A stretch of 11,674 nucleotides of DNA from Myxococcota bacterium (lineage in GTDB: Bacteria > Myxococcota > JACRCW01), in assembly GCA_040752415.1 (NCBI GenBank), contig JBFMGU010000313.1, positions 1-11,674 on the forward strand, read 5' to 3'. The notes beneath the pieces were generated by a model. That model did no database searches, was not told the DNA's origin, and saw nothing but the letters and a program-made list of their open reading frames with translations. Each line of letters opens with the position of its first letter. Positions within the stretch are counted from its first letter, which is position 1. This document shows positions 1-7,593 of the stretch, piece by piece. A program made the translations under genes and the position numbers.

Positions 1-75
1 AGGGGGATGGGGAGGGGGAAAACCTTCCCGTTGAGCCCCCGGCGCGCACAGGCCAAACCACTCCCCAACCGCCGA

Positions 76-126
76 TTGACTCGCGAGTCGAAACCGCTTG
101 ACGCGTCGCGTCAGCGGGGCTAGGGA
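76..126 (+). promoter_or_regulatory. Probable fadIJ promoter/operator: two tandem palindromes overlapping a sigma70-like -35/-10
   Basis: Perfect 12-bp palindrome GACTCGCGAGTC (78-89) and TGACGCG-T-CGCGTCA (99-113), both starting with TTGAC. TTGACG (98-103) is followed after 17 nt by TAGGGA (121-126), an imperfect -10. Confidence 0.45.
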
Positions 127-151
127 GGCGGGCGCGAGAAGGAGGCTTCCC

Positions 152-1453
152 ATGCCCAGCAAGACCCGCATCGGGCGGCGCGTGGCCATTGTGGCCGGAC
201 TGCGCACGCCCTTCCTCAAGCAGCAGAGCCTGTTTGGAAAGCTGACGGCGCTGGACCTCGGCAAGATCGTGGTCAATGAGCTGTTGGCCCGCACCGCCCT
301 CAACCGTGACGAGGTGGACCTGCTGGTCTACGGCCAGGTGGTCCCCTCCATCCACGCGCCCAACATCGCACGGGAGATCGTGCTCGGCACGGGATTGCCG
401 CGGAAGACGGACGCGTGGAGCGTGTCGCGCGCGTGCGCCACCGCCGTGCAGGCCACCACCGACGCCGCCGACCAGATCGCCCTGGGTCACGCGGACGTGG
501 CCATTGCCGGCGGCGCGGAGTGCCTCTCCGACGTCCCCATCACCATCAGCCGCGCCCTCAGTGACGCGCTGGTCAGCGCCAGCCGCGCCCGCGACCTGCC
601 CGGCAAGCTCCGGAGCTTCGCGGATCTTTCGGCCAAGGACCTGCTGCCCGTGCCGCCCGCCCTCAAGGAGCCCTCCACCGGCCTGACCATGGGCGAGAGC
701 GCCGAGAAGATGGCCAAGGAGAACCACATCAGCCGCGAGGAGCAGGACCGCTTCGCCGCGCGCAGCCACCAGCTCGCCGCCAAGGCCTGGGCCGACGGAA
801 AATACCAGGACGAGGTCATGCCCGTCCTCATCCCGCCCAAGTACACCAAGGCCGCCGTCGAGGATGAGTACGTGCGCAAGGATGTCAGCGCGCAGAAGAT
901 GTCCAGCCTCAAGCCCGCCTTTGACCGGCACTACGGCACCATCACCGCCGGCAACAGCTCCGGTCTCACCGACGGCGCCAGCGCGCTGCTGCTCATGAGT
1001 GAAGACAAGGCTAAGTCCTTAGGCTACGAGCCGCTGGGCTACATCCGCTCCTACGCCTTTGCCGCGCTGGATCCCAAGTGGCAGATGCTGATGGGTCCCA
1101 GCTTCGCCACGCCGGTGGCGCTGGACCGCGCCGGCCTCAAGCTCAAGGACCTGGACCTCATTGACATGCACGAGGCCTTTGCCGCGCAGGTGCTCAGCAA
1201 CCTCAAGGCATGGGGCAGCAAGAAGTTTGCCGAGGAGAGGCTCGGCCGCAGCGAGGCGCTTGGCGAGGTGGACGAGGACAAGCTGAACGTGCTGGGCGGG
1301 TCCATTGCACTGGGCCACCCGTTCGCGGCCACCGGTGGTCGCATGATCCTCAGCACGCTCAATGAGCTGAAGCGCCGCAACCAGAACCTGGGACTTGTGA
1401 CCCTTTGCGCAGCCGGCGGCCTGGGTGCCGCGGTGGTGCTGGAGAGGAACTGA
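152..1453 (+). CDS. fadI: Acetyl-CoA C-acyltransferase (3-ketoacyl-CoA thiolase), FadI / trifunctional enzyme beta subunit type, 433 aa
   Basis: Thiolase motifs: GLRTPF, nucleophile Cys in SRACAT, HEAFAAQ, GHPFAATG and C-terminal CAAGG. Strong SD AAGGAGG (139-145) before ATG 152, so the TTG at 98 is not the start. Directly upstream of a fadJ-type gene. Confidence 0.95.
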   Translation: MPSKTRIGRRVAIVAGLRTPFLKQQSLFGKLTALDLGKIVVNELLARTALNRDEVDLLVYGQVVPSIHAPNIAREIVLGTGLPRKTDAWSVSRACATAVQATTDAADQIALGHADVAIAGGAECLSDVPITISRALSDALVSASRARDLPGKLRSFADLSAKDLLPVPPALKEPSTGLTMGESAEKMAKENHISREEQDRFAARSHQLAAKAWADGKYQDEVMPVLIPPKYTKAAVEDEYVRKDVSAQKMSSLKPAFDRHYGTITAGNSSGLTDGASALLLMSEDKAKSLGYEPLGYIRSYAFAALDPKWQMLMGPSFATPVALDRAGLKLKDLDLIDMHEAFAAQVLSNLKAWGSKKFAEERLGRSEALGEVDEDKLNVLGGSIALGHPFAATGGRMILSTLNELKRRNQNLGLVTLCAAGGLGAAVVLERN

Positions 1454-3681
1454 TGACCACCCCAACCGCAGAGAAGCCCGTCGAGGGCAACCGCAGGATC
1501 TTCTCCGTCGACGTTGGTTCCGACGGCGTGGCGGTCATCACCATGGACGTGCCCGGCGAGGCGGTGAACACGCTGAGCCAGGCGGTGGGCGCGGAGATGC
1601 GCGTGCACTGGCCCGCCCTCCAGGCCGACCCCAAGGTGAAGGCCATCGTTTTCACGTCGGGGAAGAAGGACAATTTCATTGCCGGCGCGGACATCAGCCT
1701 GCTCAAGACCATCACCTCCGCCAGCGAGGGCACACACCGCTCCCGCGAGACGCAGCTGATGTTCAACGAGATGAGCGCTTCGCGGAAACCCATCGTGGCC
1801 GCCATCCACGGCACGGCGCTGGGCGGCGGACTGGAGCTGGCGCTGGCCTGCCACTACCGCATCGCCTCCGACGACAAGAAGACCCGCCTGGGCCTCCCCG
1901 AGGTCATGCTGGGCCTGCTGCCCGGCGCCGGCGGCACGCAGCGTCTCCCGCGTCTCGTCGGCGCACAGGCCGCGCTGGACATGATCCTCACCGGCAAGGA
2001 GATCAAGGCCCAGCGCGCCAAGGTCATGGGTCTCGTCGACGAGGTGGTGCCGCAGGCCATCCTCGTCGAGGTGGCGCGCAAGCGCGCGGCGGAGTTCGCC
2101 GGCGACAAGCCGCTGCCCAAGCGAGGTCTCGACGCGCTCATCGAGAAGCTCAAGAAAGGGAAGCCCGACCAGAAGGCGCTGCAGGCGCTCCTTCTCGAGC
2201 AGAACCGCGTGGGTCGCATGGTCTTGTTCCGCGAGGCGGAGAAGCAGGCGGCGGCCAAGGCGCGCGGCAACTACCCGGCCATCCCCAAGGCGTTGGAGGC
2301 GGTGCGCTACGGGCTGGACAATGATCTGGAGAAGGGCCTGCAGCGCGAGGCCGAGCTGTTCGGCGAGCTGGTGGTCACCGACGTCAGCAAGCAGCTCACC
2401 AACATCTTCTTCGCCCAGACCGCGCTCAAGAAGGACAGCGGCGTCAACGAGAAGGACGTCAAGCCGCGTCCGGTCAAGCAGGTGGCCATGCTGGGCGGCG
2501 GGCTCATGGGCGGCGGCATTGCCTATGTCACCACCGCGGTGGCGAACATCCCCGTGCGTCTCAAGGAGAAGGACGTGGAGGGGCTGGGTCGCGGGCTGGC
2601 CTACGTGCGCGGTGTGCTGGATGACCGCGTCAAGAAGAAGGGCATCACCCGCCTGGAGCGCGACGAGCACCTGGCCAAGCTCACCGGCACCATCGACTAC
2701 AGCGGCTTCAGGAACGTGGACGTCGTCATTGAGGCGGTGTTCGAGGACCTGGCGCTGAAGCATCGCGTGATCAAGGACGTGGAGGCGGTGACGCGACCGG
2801 ACTGCATCTTTGCTTCCAACACATCCACGCTGCCCATCACCAAGCTGGCGGAGGCGTCTTCCCGTCCGGAGAACGTGGTCGGGATGCACTACTTCTCGCC
2901 GGTGGAGAAGATGCCGCTGCTGGAGGTCATCCGCGCCAAGCGGACCAACCCGGAAGTGGTGGCCACCGCGGTGGCGCTGGGCAAGGCGCAGGGGAAGACC
3001 GTCATCGTCGTCAACGACGGGCCGGGCTTCTACACCAGCCGCATCCTGGCGCCGTACATCAACGAGGCTTCGTGGTTGCTGAGCGAAGGTGGTGACATCC
3101 ACCAGATCGACGAGGCCATGGTGGACTGGGGCTTCCCGGTGGGGCCCATCATGCTGCTGGACGAGGTGGGCATCGACGTGGCGCACAAGGCCAGCAAGAC
3201 CATGCTGGAGGCCTTTGGTGACCGCATGATCCCGCCCGACGGAATCGAGAAGGTCATCCAGGACGGGCGCCTGGGGCGCAAGAACAAGAAGGGCTTCTAC
3301 CTGTACACCGCCGACAAGAAGAAGAAGGACGGCAAGAAGCCGGTGGATGAGACGGTGTATGACCTCTCGCCGCAGGGACGGAAGCGCAAGAGCATTCCCG
3401 TCGAGGAGATCCAGCAACGGCTAAGCCTGCAGTTCTGCAACGAAGCGGCGCTATGCCTGCAGGAGGAGATCATCCGCAGCCCCCGTGACGGGGACATCGG
3501 CGCGATCTTCGGGCTGGGGTTTGCGCCGTTCCGCGGCGGGCCGTTCCGCTACATGGATTCGCTCGGTGCCGCGGAGGTGGTGCGGCGCATGCGCGAGTTC
3601 GAGTCGCGGTTTGGCAAGCGATTCACGCCGGCGCCCATCCTGGTGGATTACGCGCAGAAGGGGCGGAAGTTCCACGCGTAG
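1453..3681 (+). CDS. fadJ: Fatty acid oxidation complex alpha subunit FadJ (enoyl-CoA hydratase / 3-hydroxyacyl-CoA dehydrogenase), 742 aa
   Basis: Crotonase domain (FIAGADI, GGGLE, LGLPEV with both catalytic Glu), Rossmann motif [16 protein letters not shown], catalytic His in GMHYFSP...LLE, and C-terminal [12 protein letters not shown]. Start overlaps the fadI stop (TGATG at 1451-1455), preceded by GGAGAGGA. Confidence 0.95.
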   Translation: MTTPTAEKPVEGNRRIFSVDVGSDGVAVITMDVPGEAVNTLSQAVGAEMRVHWPALQADPKVKAIVFTSGKKDNFIAGADISLLKTITSASEGTHRSRETQLMFNEMSASRKPIVAAIHGTALGGGLELALACHYRIASDDKKTRLGLPEVMLGLLPGAGGTQRLPRLVGAQAALDMILTGKEIKAQRAKVMGLVDEVVPQAILVEVARKRAAEFAGDKPLPKRGLDALIEKLKKGKPDQKALQALLLEQNRVGRMVLFREAEKQAAAKARGNYPAIPKALEAVRYGLDNDLEKGLQREAELFGELVVTDVSKQLTNIFFAQTALKKDSGVNEKDVKPRPVKQVAMLGGGLMGGGIAYVTTAVANIPVRLKEKDVEGLGRGLAYVRGVLDDRVKKKGITRLERDEHLAKLTGTIDYSGFRNVDVVIEAVFEDLALKHRVIKDVEAVTRPDCIFASNTSTLPITKLAEASSRPENVVGMHYFSPVEKMPLLEVIRAKRTNPEVVATAVALGKAQGKTVIVVNDGPGFYTSRILAPYINEASWLLSEGGDIHQIDEAMVDWGFPVGPIMLLDEVGIDVAHKASKTMLEAFGDRMIPPDGIEKVIQDGRLGRKNKKGFYLYTADKKKKDGKKPVDETVYDLSPQGRKRKSIPVEEIQQRLSLQFCNEAALCLQEEIIRSPRDGDIGAIFGLGFAPFRGGPFRYMDSLGAAEVVRRMREFESRFGKRFTPAPILVDYAQKGRKFHA

Positions 3682-3826
3682 TGGCGGCGGGAAGCGTGAT
3701 TCGCGCTCTTGCCCAGGCCGGCGCGCTCCCCGCGCGGAGAGAGCACGGGGTCCGTCGACCACGAGCTGGAGGGACAGGGTCCTCGCGGCAACGCGTCTCC
3801 GCGTTCCGACGGGAGTCCATCCGCGC

Positions 3827-4711
3827 TCACGCTTGAAGCGCCATGGAGAACTGTACGACGTCGATCAGTGCCTCATGCCGAAGCTCCGCCAGCAGTTCCT
3901 CGACCTGCGTTTGAGATGAAGCGCTGATTCCCACGCGTCGCTCCGTCGTCCAGTCGGAGGTCTGGTCGGGGCGGTGGTCCTCGTGAGGAGTTCCCTCGCT
4001 ACACGCACGACATATGATCCGGACGGAGCCGGTCCAGTCCTCGATGAGGATATCTCTCAGCGCCGCGATGCGAGTGGCTTCCTCGATCCTCGTGACGGAA
4101 GCGGCGTGAACGGTCGCGACGTAGGTGGACAACCTGGAGCGCGCGAAGAGCTCCAACACGTTGAACACCGGATACTCACGACCGTCGCGGTTGCGAGTGC
4201 CCACAGGTGCGCCATCGTGCAGCACAACGTCGTGTGCGCGAAAACCGGACTCTGGGAATGGTATGTTCGCGATGCGCGCCCTGACCGGATCAATTCGTGT
4301 CGCCCAGACCACTTCGCCTTTGTCGTCGGGGTTCAGCCGAACAGGCGTCATGCCAAGGTTCATCTCAATGGGACCGTCACCTCCATCAAGCTGGATTCCG
4401 CACTTCCTCCACGTGGCGCGGGCCAGGTCCCACCGGTGAAGTGCCGTGGCGGCAATTGCCAGGTTCCATCGGGCCGCCTCGTCGCCCGGAGCGAGCTCAT
4501 GCGCTTTCATGTTGTAGAAGAGCGAACTCTCCCAATTCCGCCGGTACTTGTGGACAAGACCCATGTTGTACAGCGTCGTCGAACGCGTTGGATCCAGGCT
4601 GAGGACCTGCTCGTAGAGACGCAGCGCGTCGTCGTCGCGTCCGTCACCTGAGAGATCCATCGCTTGCTGGTGGAGTCGCGCGGCGCGCCATTTGGCGAAC
4701 GGTGAGGGCAT
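3827..4711 (-). CDS. Tetratricopeptide-repeat protein with an uncharacterised C-terminal domain, 294 aa
   Basis: About three TPR-like helical repeats at the N-terminus (ALRLYEQVLSLDP; TLYNMGLVHKY...KAHELAP; ARWNLAIAA). The following beta-rich region (GEVVWATRIDP, DVVLHDGAPVG) leads to a CRACSEGTPHEDH motif. Confidence 0.85.
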   Translation of the reverse strand: MPSPFAKWRAARLHQQAMDLSGDGRDDDALRLYEQVLSLDPTRSTTLYNMGLVHKYRRNWESSLFYNMKAHELAPGDEAARWNLAIAATALHRWDLARATWRKCGIQLDGGDGPIEMNLGMTPVRLNPDDKGEVVWATRIDPVRARIANIPFPESGFRAHDVVLHDGAPVGTRNRDGREYPVFNVLELFARSRLSTYVATVHAASVTRIEEATRIAALRDILIEDWTGSVRIICRACSEGTPHEDHRPDQTSDWTTERRVGISASSQTQVEELLAELRHEALIDVVQFSMALQA

Positions 4712-4842
4712 GGTCGTGGGGATTGTCAGGGATGGGTGTGATGTCTGGCAAGCAAGGGGGCGGAAAGCAACCCCACGCCGTGGGCGGAGTCGTTGCGCCG
4801 GATTGACGCCACCACGCGGCGCCGCGCTTCGCGGAAGTTACG

Positions 4843-6009
4843 TCACAGCGGGCCGGTGGCGTGGCACCGGAAATGGGCAAGGACCGGTACCGGCGAGCGC
4901 ACCTGCGTCCCAACCCCCAACGTGCCGCCCTGGTTGTTGCCCCAGCACCAGACGCGATTGTCGTCGGTCATGGCGCATTCATGATGCGCTCCGCCGCCCA
5001 CCGTGTGGACCCGCACGCCGTCAAAGTCAGCGACCACCTGGGTCGGCGTGAAGACGTATTCCGGTCCTTCGCCCGCGCTGCTCTGACCGTCGTCGTTGCG
5101 GCCCCAGCACCATGGCGTGCCCTCCGCCTTGATGATGCAGGTGTGCTCCATGCCCGCCTTCAGCTGCACGGCGCCCTGCGCCACCCGTTGAGGCGTGGGG
5201 TTGCCTTCCAGTCCTCCGCCGGCCTGACCGTACCGGTTGAACTGCACGCCGCCCCAGCACCACACGTCGCCATTCCCCGTGCGGATGCAGGAATGGCCGT
5301 TACCCACGGAGACCTCCACCGCGGGCGGGATGCCGTCGATCCGGATTGGCACCGCGCTCTCAACACCGCCGTTGGCCAGTTGATGTGTGTCCCCACGACC
5401 CCAGCAACTCACATCCCCGGTCTCATGCAACACACACACGTGCTGAGACTTGAAGGACAGGGAAACGACGTCGGAGAGCTCCGGAACCAACTCGCCATCT
5501 CCAACGGTCCACTCACCCCAGCACCGCACGGTGCCCTCCTCGTGCAACACGCAGACGCCGTTGAGGCCCGTCGCCGCGTGACGCACGCGTTCCGCCACCA
5601 CCCGCGGAATGGCATCCGCTTCCCTGCTGCGCAGCCCTTCCAGACCATCCACGGCCTGCAGCACCGTGCCCCAACACCACAGCTTTCCGTCGGAAGTACG
5701 GGCGCAGTTGCCTTGAAACCCTGCGTGGATGTCGACCACCTCGCCGTCAATCCCCTGCACCATGACGGGTTCCGCCACGAAGTTGGTGGTTGATGGGCGT
5801 GCGCACTCGTTCTGATTGTTGCTGCCCCAGCACCACACGTTGTGGGCGTCGTCCAAGGCGAGCGTTCCCGACGCCGACGCGTCCAGAAGACACGGAGGCG
5901 CGGCGCTGGACTCATGCTGTACGGCGCCAGCATCCGGTGCGGGGCTCTCCCCGGGACCGGTCCCCGTGGTGCAGGAGGCGATGAGGCAGCAGAAGGCGAG
6001 TCGTTGCAT
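4843..6009 (-). CDS. RCC1-repeat (BLIP-II-like) beta-propeller lipoprotein, 388 aa
   Basis: Seven repeats containing CWG (NVWCWG, KLWCWG, TVRCWG, DVSCWG, DVWCWG, TPWCWG, RVWCWG), most preceded by H-x-C or a similar Cys. Start placed at ATG 6009, giving MQRLAFCCLIAS-C with a lipobox-like IASC and then a PDAG-containing linker. Confidence 0.88.
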   Translation of the reverse strand: MQRLAFCCLIASCTTGTGPGESPAPDAGAVQHESSAAPPCLLDASASGTLALDDAHNVWCWGSNNQNECARPSTTNFVAEPVMVQGIDGEVVDIHAGFQGNCARTSDGKLWCWGTVLQAVDGLEGLRSREADAIPRVVAERVRHAATGLNGVCVLHEEGTVRCWGEWTVGDGELVPELSDVVSLSFKSQHVCVLHETGDVSCWGRGDTHQLANGGVESAVPIRIDGIPPAVEVSVGNGHSCIRTGNGDVWCWGGVQFNRYGQAGGGLEGNPTPQRVAQGAVQLKAGMEHTCIIKAEGTPWCWGRNDDGQSSAGEGPEYVFTPTQVVADFDGVRVHTVGGGAHHECAMTDDNRVWCWGNNQGGTLGVGTQVRSPVPVLAHFRCHATGPL

Positions 6010-6059
6010 GGTCCACCCTGGGTCAAGAAGGAGATCGGATGAGTTATGCGCAGAGGCCT

Positions 6060-6075
6060 TGCAATTAGAATTCCA
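6060..6075 (-). promoter_or_regulatory. Putative sigma54 (-24/-12) promoter for the RCC1 lipoprotein gene
   Basis: Minus strand reads TGGAATTCTAATTGCA: exact GG-N10-GC spacing and a perfect TTGCA -12 element, about 50 nt upstream of ATG 6009 in an AT-rich patch. Confidence 0.6.
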
Positions 6076-6266
6076 CGAATGGCGGATGAAGCGACCGACT
6101 GAGCTGCCCAATTCTGCCAGGCGTTCTGGGCATCGCGGGCCAGGTTTGCGCATGTGGGCGCGGCAGCCGCGGTGCGGTGTCCGGTGTCGGGCGTTCCTGC
6201 TGCTCGGTCCGCCTGACGTTCGTCAGGTCGCTTTCGCCCGTGGCCGGGGTTGTGGATGATGCGTCC

Positions 6267-7070
6267 ATGACGTCCGCCATCTCGCTGGCCTTCGACCGCT
6301 CCCCGCTCGCGCGCGACCGCTTCATGTCCCGACTGCTGCGGCCGCTTCCGGTGACACGGCGTGCCGAGCTGCGCGAGGACGTGCTGGTGGCGGCGCGGCA
6401 GAACTGGGAGGCGAGAACGCGCTCGGAGTACCGCGGCGTGATGATCGTGCGGCACTTCCATGGGCTGCTCGTGGATCTCAACGCTCCCACCGACGTGCAG
6501 GAGCTTGCACTGTTGATGATGTTGCAGGAGCAGCAGCACGCGGCGCTGTGCATGCAAGCGGCCGTCGAGCTGGGTGCGGATGGCACGCTGTCATTCCACC
6601 TGGACGAGCTGCAGCTTGCGCGTCACGGCCGGCCCGACGAGGAACTGCTCAGGATGCTCTGCGGCACCTATGCCACCGGCGAAGTGGTGGCGCTGGCGCT
6701 CATCCGACATGCCATCCGGGTCCTGCCGCCGTCGCCGTTCCGGGACATCCTCCGCGGCATCGCCCGGGACGAGGTGCTGCACGCCCGCATTGGCCCCGCA
6801 CTGCTCCAACAAGCCCGCGAAGACGACGAAGGCTGGCTGCCCTACCCCGGCGACGACGTCATCCGGCGCATGGTGCGCGAGTCGATGGAACACATGCTGA
6901 CTCGCGACGTCGTGGAAGCGGAGGAGGAAGCGCTGTTCCAGGACGTGGAAGCGGCCGCGCAGCTCCGCAGTGTGGGCATTCCGCCCTCGACAGCGTTCAA
7001 GAAGGCGTACGAGCGAGCCGTCAGGGAAGACGTGGCGCGCGGTCTTGCGCGGGTGGGGATTGTGCTTTGA
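6267..7070 (+). CDS. Ferritin-like (four-helix, diiron-carboxylate) domain protein, predicted cytoplasmic, 267 aa
   Basis: Complete E / ExxH / E / ExxH ligand pattern: WEARTRSEYRG, LQEQQH, TGEVVA, IARDEVLH. No signal peptide. First in-frame ATG at 6267; the start is somewhat uncertain. Confidence 0.82.
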   Translation: MTSAISLAFDRSPLARDRFMSRLLRPLPVTRRAELREDVLVAARQNWEARTRSEYRGVMIVRHFHGLLVDLNAPTDVQELALLMMLQEQQHAALCMQAAVELGADGTLSFHLDELQLARHGRPDEELLRMLCGTYATGEVVALALIRHAIRVLPPSPFRDILRGIARDEVLHARIGPALLQQAREDDEGWLPYPGDDVIRRMVRESMEHMLTRDVVEAEEEALFQDVEAAAQLRSVGIPPSTAFKKAYERAVREDVARGLARVGIVL

Positions 7071-7083
7071 AACGCCGCGGAGC

Positions 7084-7099
7084 TGGTATGCTGGCCGGT
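7084..7099 (+). promoter_or_regulatory. Possible extended -10 promoter giving a leaderless transcript of the small lipoprotein gene
   Basis: TG-G-TATGCT (7084-7092) followed by exactly 7 nt and ATG 7100. No clear SD immediately before this ATG. Confidence 0.35.
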
Positions 7100-7453
7100 A
7101 TGGAGCGAATCAACCGCCGAAGGTCTGCAGGTGCAGCGCCCATCGTCGCCGGTGGCGCGCTGTTGTTCGCACTCGGTGCGTGTGGTGGTCCGCCGGGCCT
7201 GGAGGGCGCCGCATGCCCCGGTGAAGGTCAACAGGCGTGTGGACCGGATGACACCGCGCTGGTCTGTCGCGACGGGAGGTTCGTCGAGGATCCCGCCTGC
7301 ACGTGCACGCCAACAGGACGGAGCTGTGCCATACCCGGCTTCGTGGGCATCGAACGCAGCGGCAAGAAACGTCAGCGCGGAGTTCCGGTGCGCCGTCGCG
7401 TGGTGCGGAGCGGAGTCAGGACCCAGGTGAAGCGCCACGACGTCGACGGGTAG
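7100..7453 (+). CDS. Small Cys-rich lipoprotein with a basic C-terminal tail, 117 aa (alternative start 7088)
   Basis: C-terminal part of track ORF 6548..7453. MERINRRRSAGAAPIVAGGALLFALGA-C has a basic n-region, a hydrophobic h-region and a canonical lipobox LGAC. Six further Cys follow. Starts 29 nt after the ferritin-like gene stop. Confidence 0.75.
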   Translation: MERINRRRSAGAAPIVAGGALLFALGACGGPPGLEGAACPGEGQQACGPDDTALVCRDGRFVEDPACTCTPTGRSCAIPGFVGIERSGKKRQRGVPVRRRVVRSGVRTQVKRHDVDG

Positions 7454-7454
7454 G

Positions 7455-7519
7455 GCAGCTGGTGGGCGCGAGCGCGATGCTGTTTCCCACCGGATGCGGC
7501 ATTCCCCGGGTGGTGCCGC
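7455..7519. other. GC-rich stem-loops in the convergent intergenic region (possible terminator or RNA-stabilising structure)
   Basis: GCAGCTGGTGGG...CCCACCGGATGC (7455-7497) and GCGGCA...TGCCGC (7496-7519) can pair. No U-tract on either side. Confidence 0.3.
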
Positions 7520-7593
7520 CGGGACTCGCCGGTGCGCCGTGTCCCATGGAGAGGAGCAGCGACTCCGCCGGAGACGCGGCCGTACAGCGGTCA

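Noticed and set aside
1..30. G-tracts (possible G-quadruplex) and a GGGAA-AACC-TTCCC hairpin at the window start
   Set aside because: Only three G-runs are visible and the context is truncated by the window edge.
98..151. N-terminal extension of fadI from TTG 98 (similarly fadJ from 1405)
   Set aside because: A strong SD precedes ATG 152 and the extension overlaps the promoter-like region. For fadJ, the TGATG overlap defines the start at 1453.
1051..3417. 788-aa minus-strand ORF
   Set aside because: Antisense shadow of fadI/fadJ caused by strong GC3 bias; no recognisable motifs.
3682..3826. Short hairpins between the convergent fadJ and TPR genes (e.g. AACGCG-TCTC-CGCGTT at 3790-3805)
   Set aside because: Short stems without U-tracts are expected by chance at this GC content; not called as terminators.
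4861..5793. 310-aa plus-strand ORF (also 3974..4651, 5409..6557, 6842..8011, 9355..10335 and 10273..11565)
   Set aside because: Antisense or off-frame shadows of better-supported genes, as is typical of high-GC DNA.
6548..7099. Upstream part of the 301-aa ORF 6548..7453
   Set aside because: Arg/Pro/Gly-rich off-frame overlap with the ferritin-like gene; only the part from 7088/7100 looks like a real protein.
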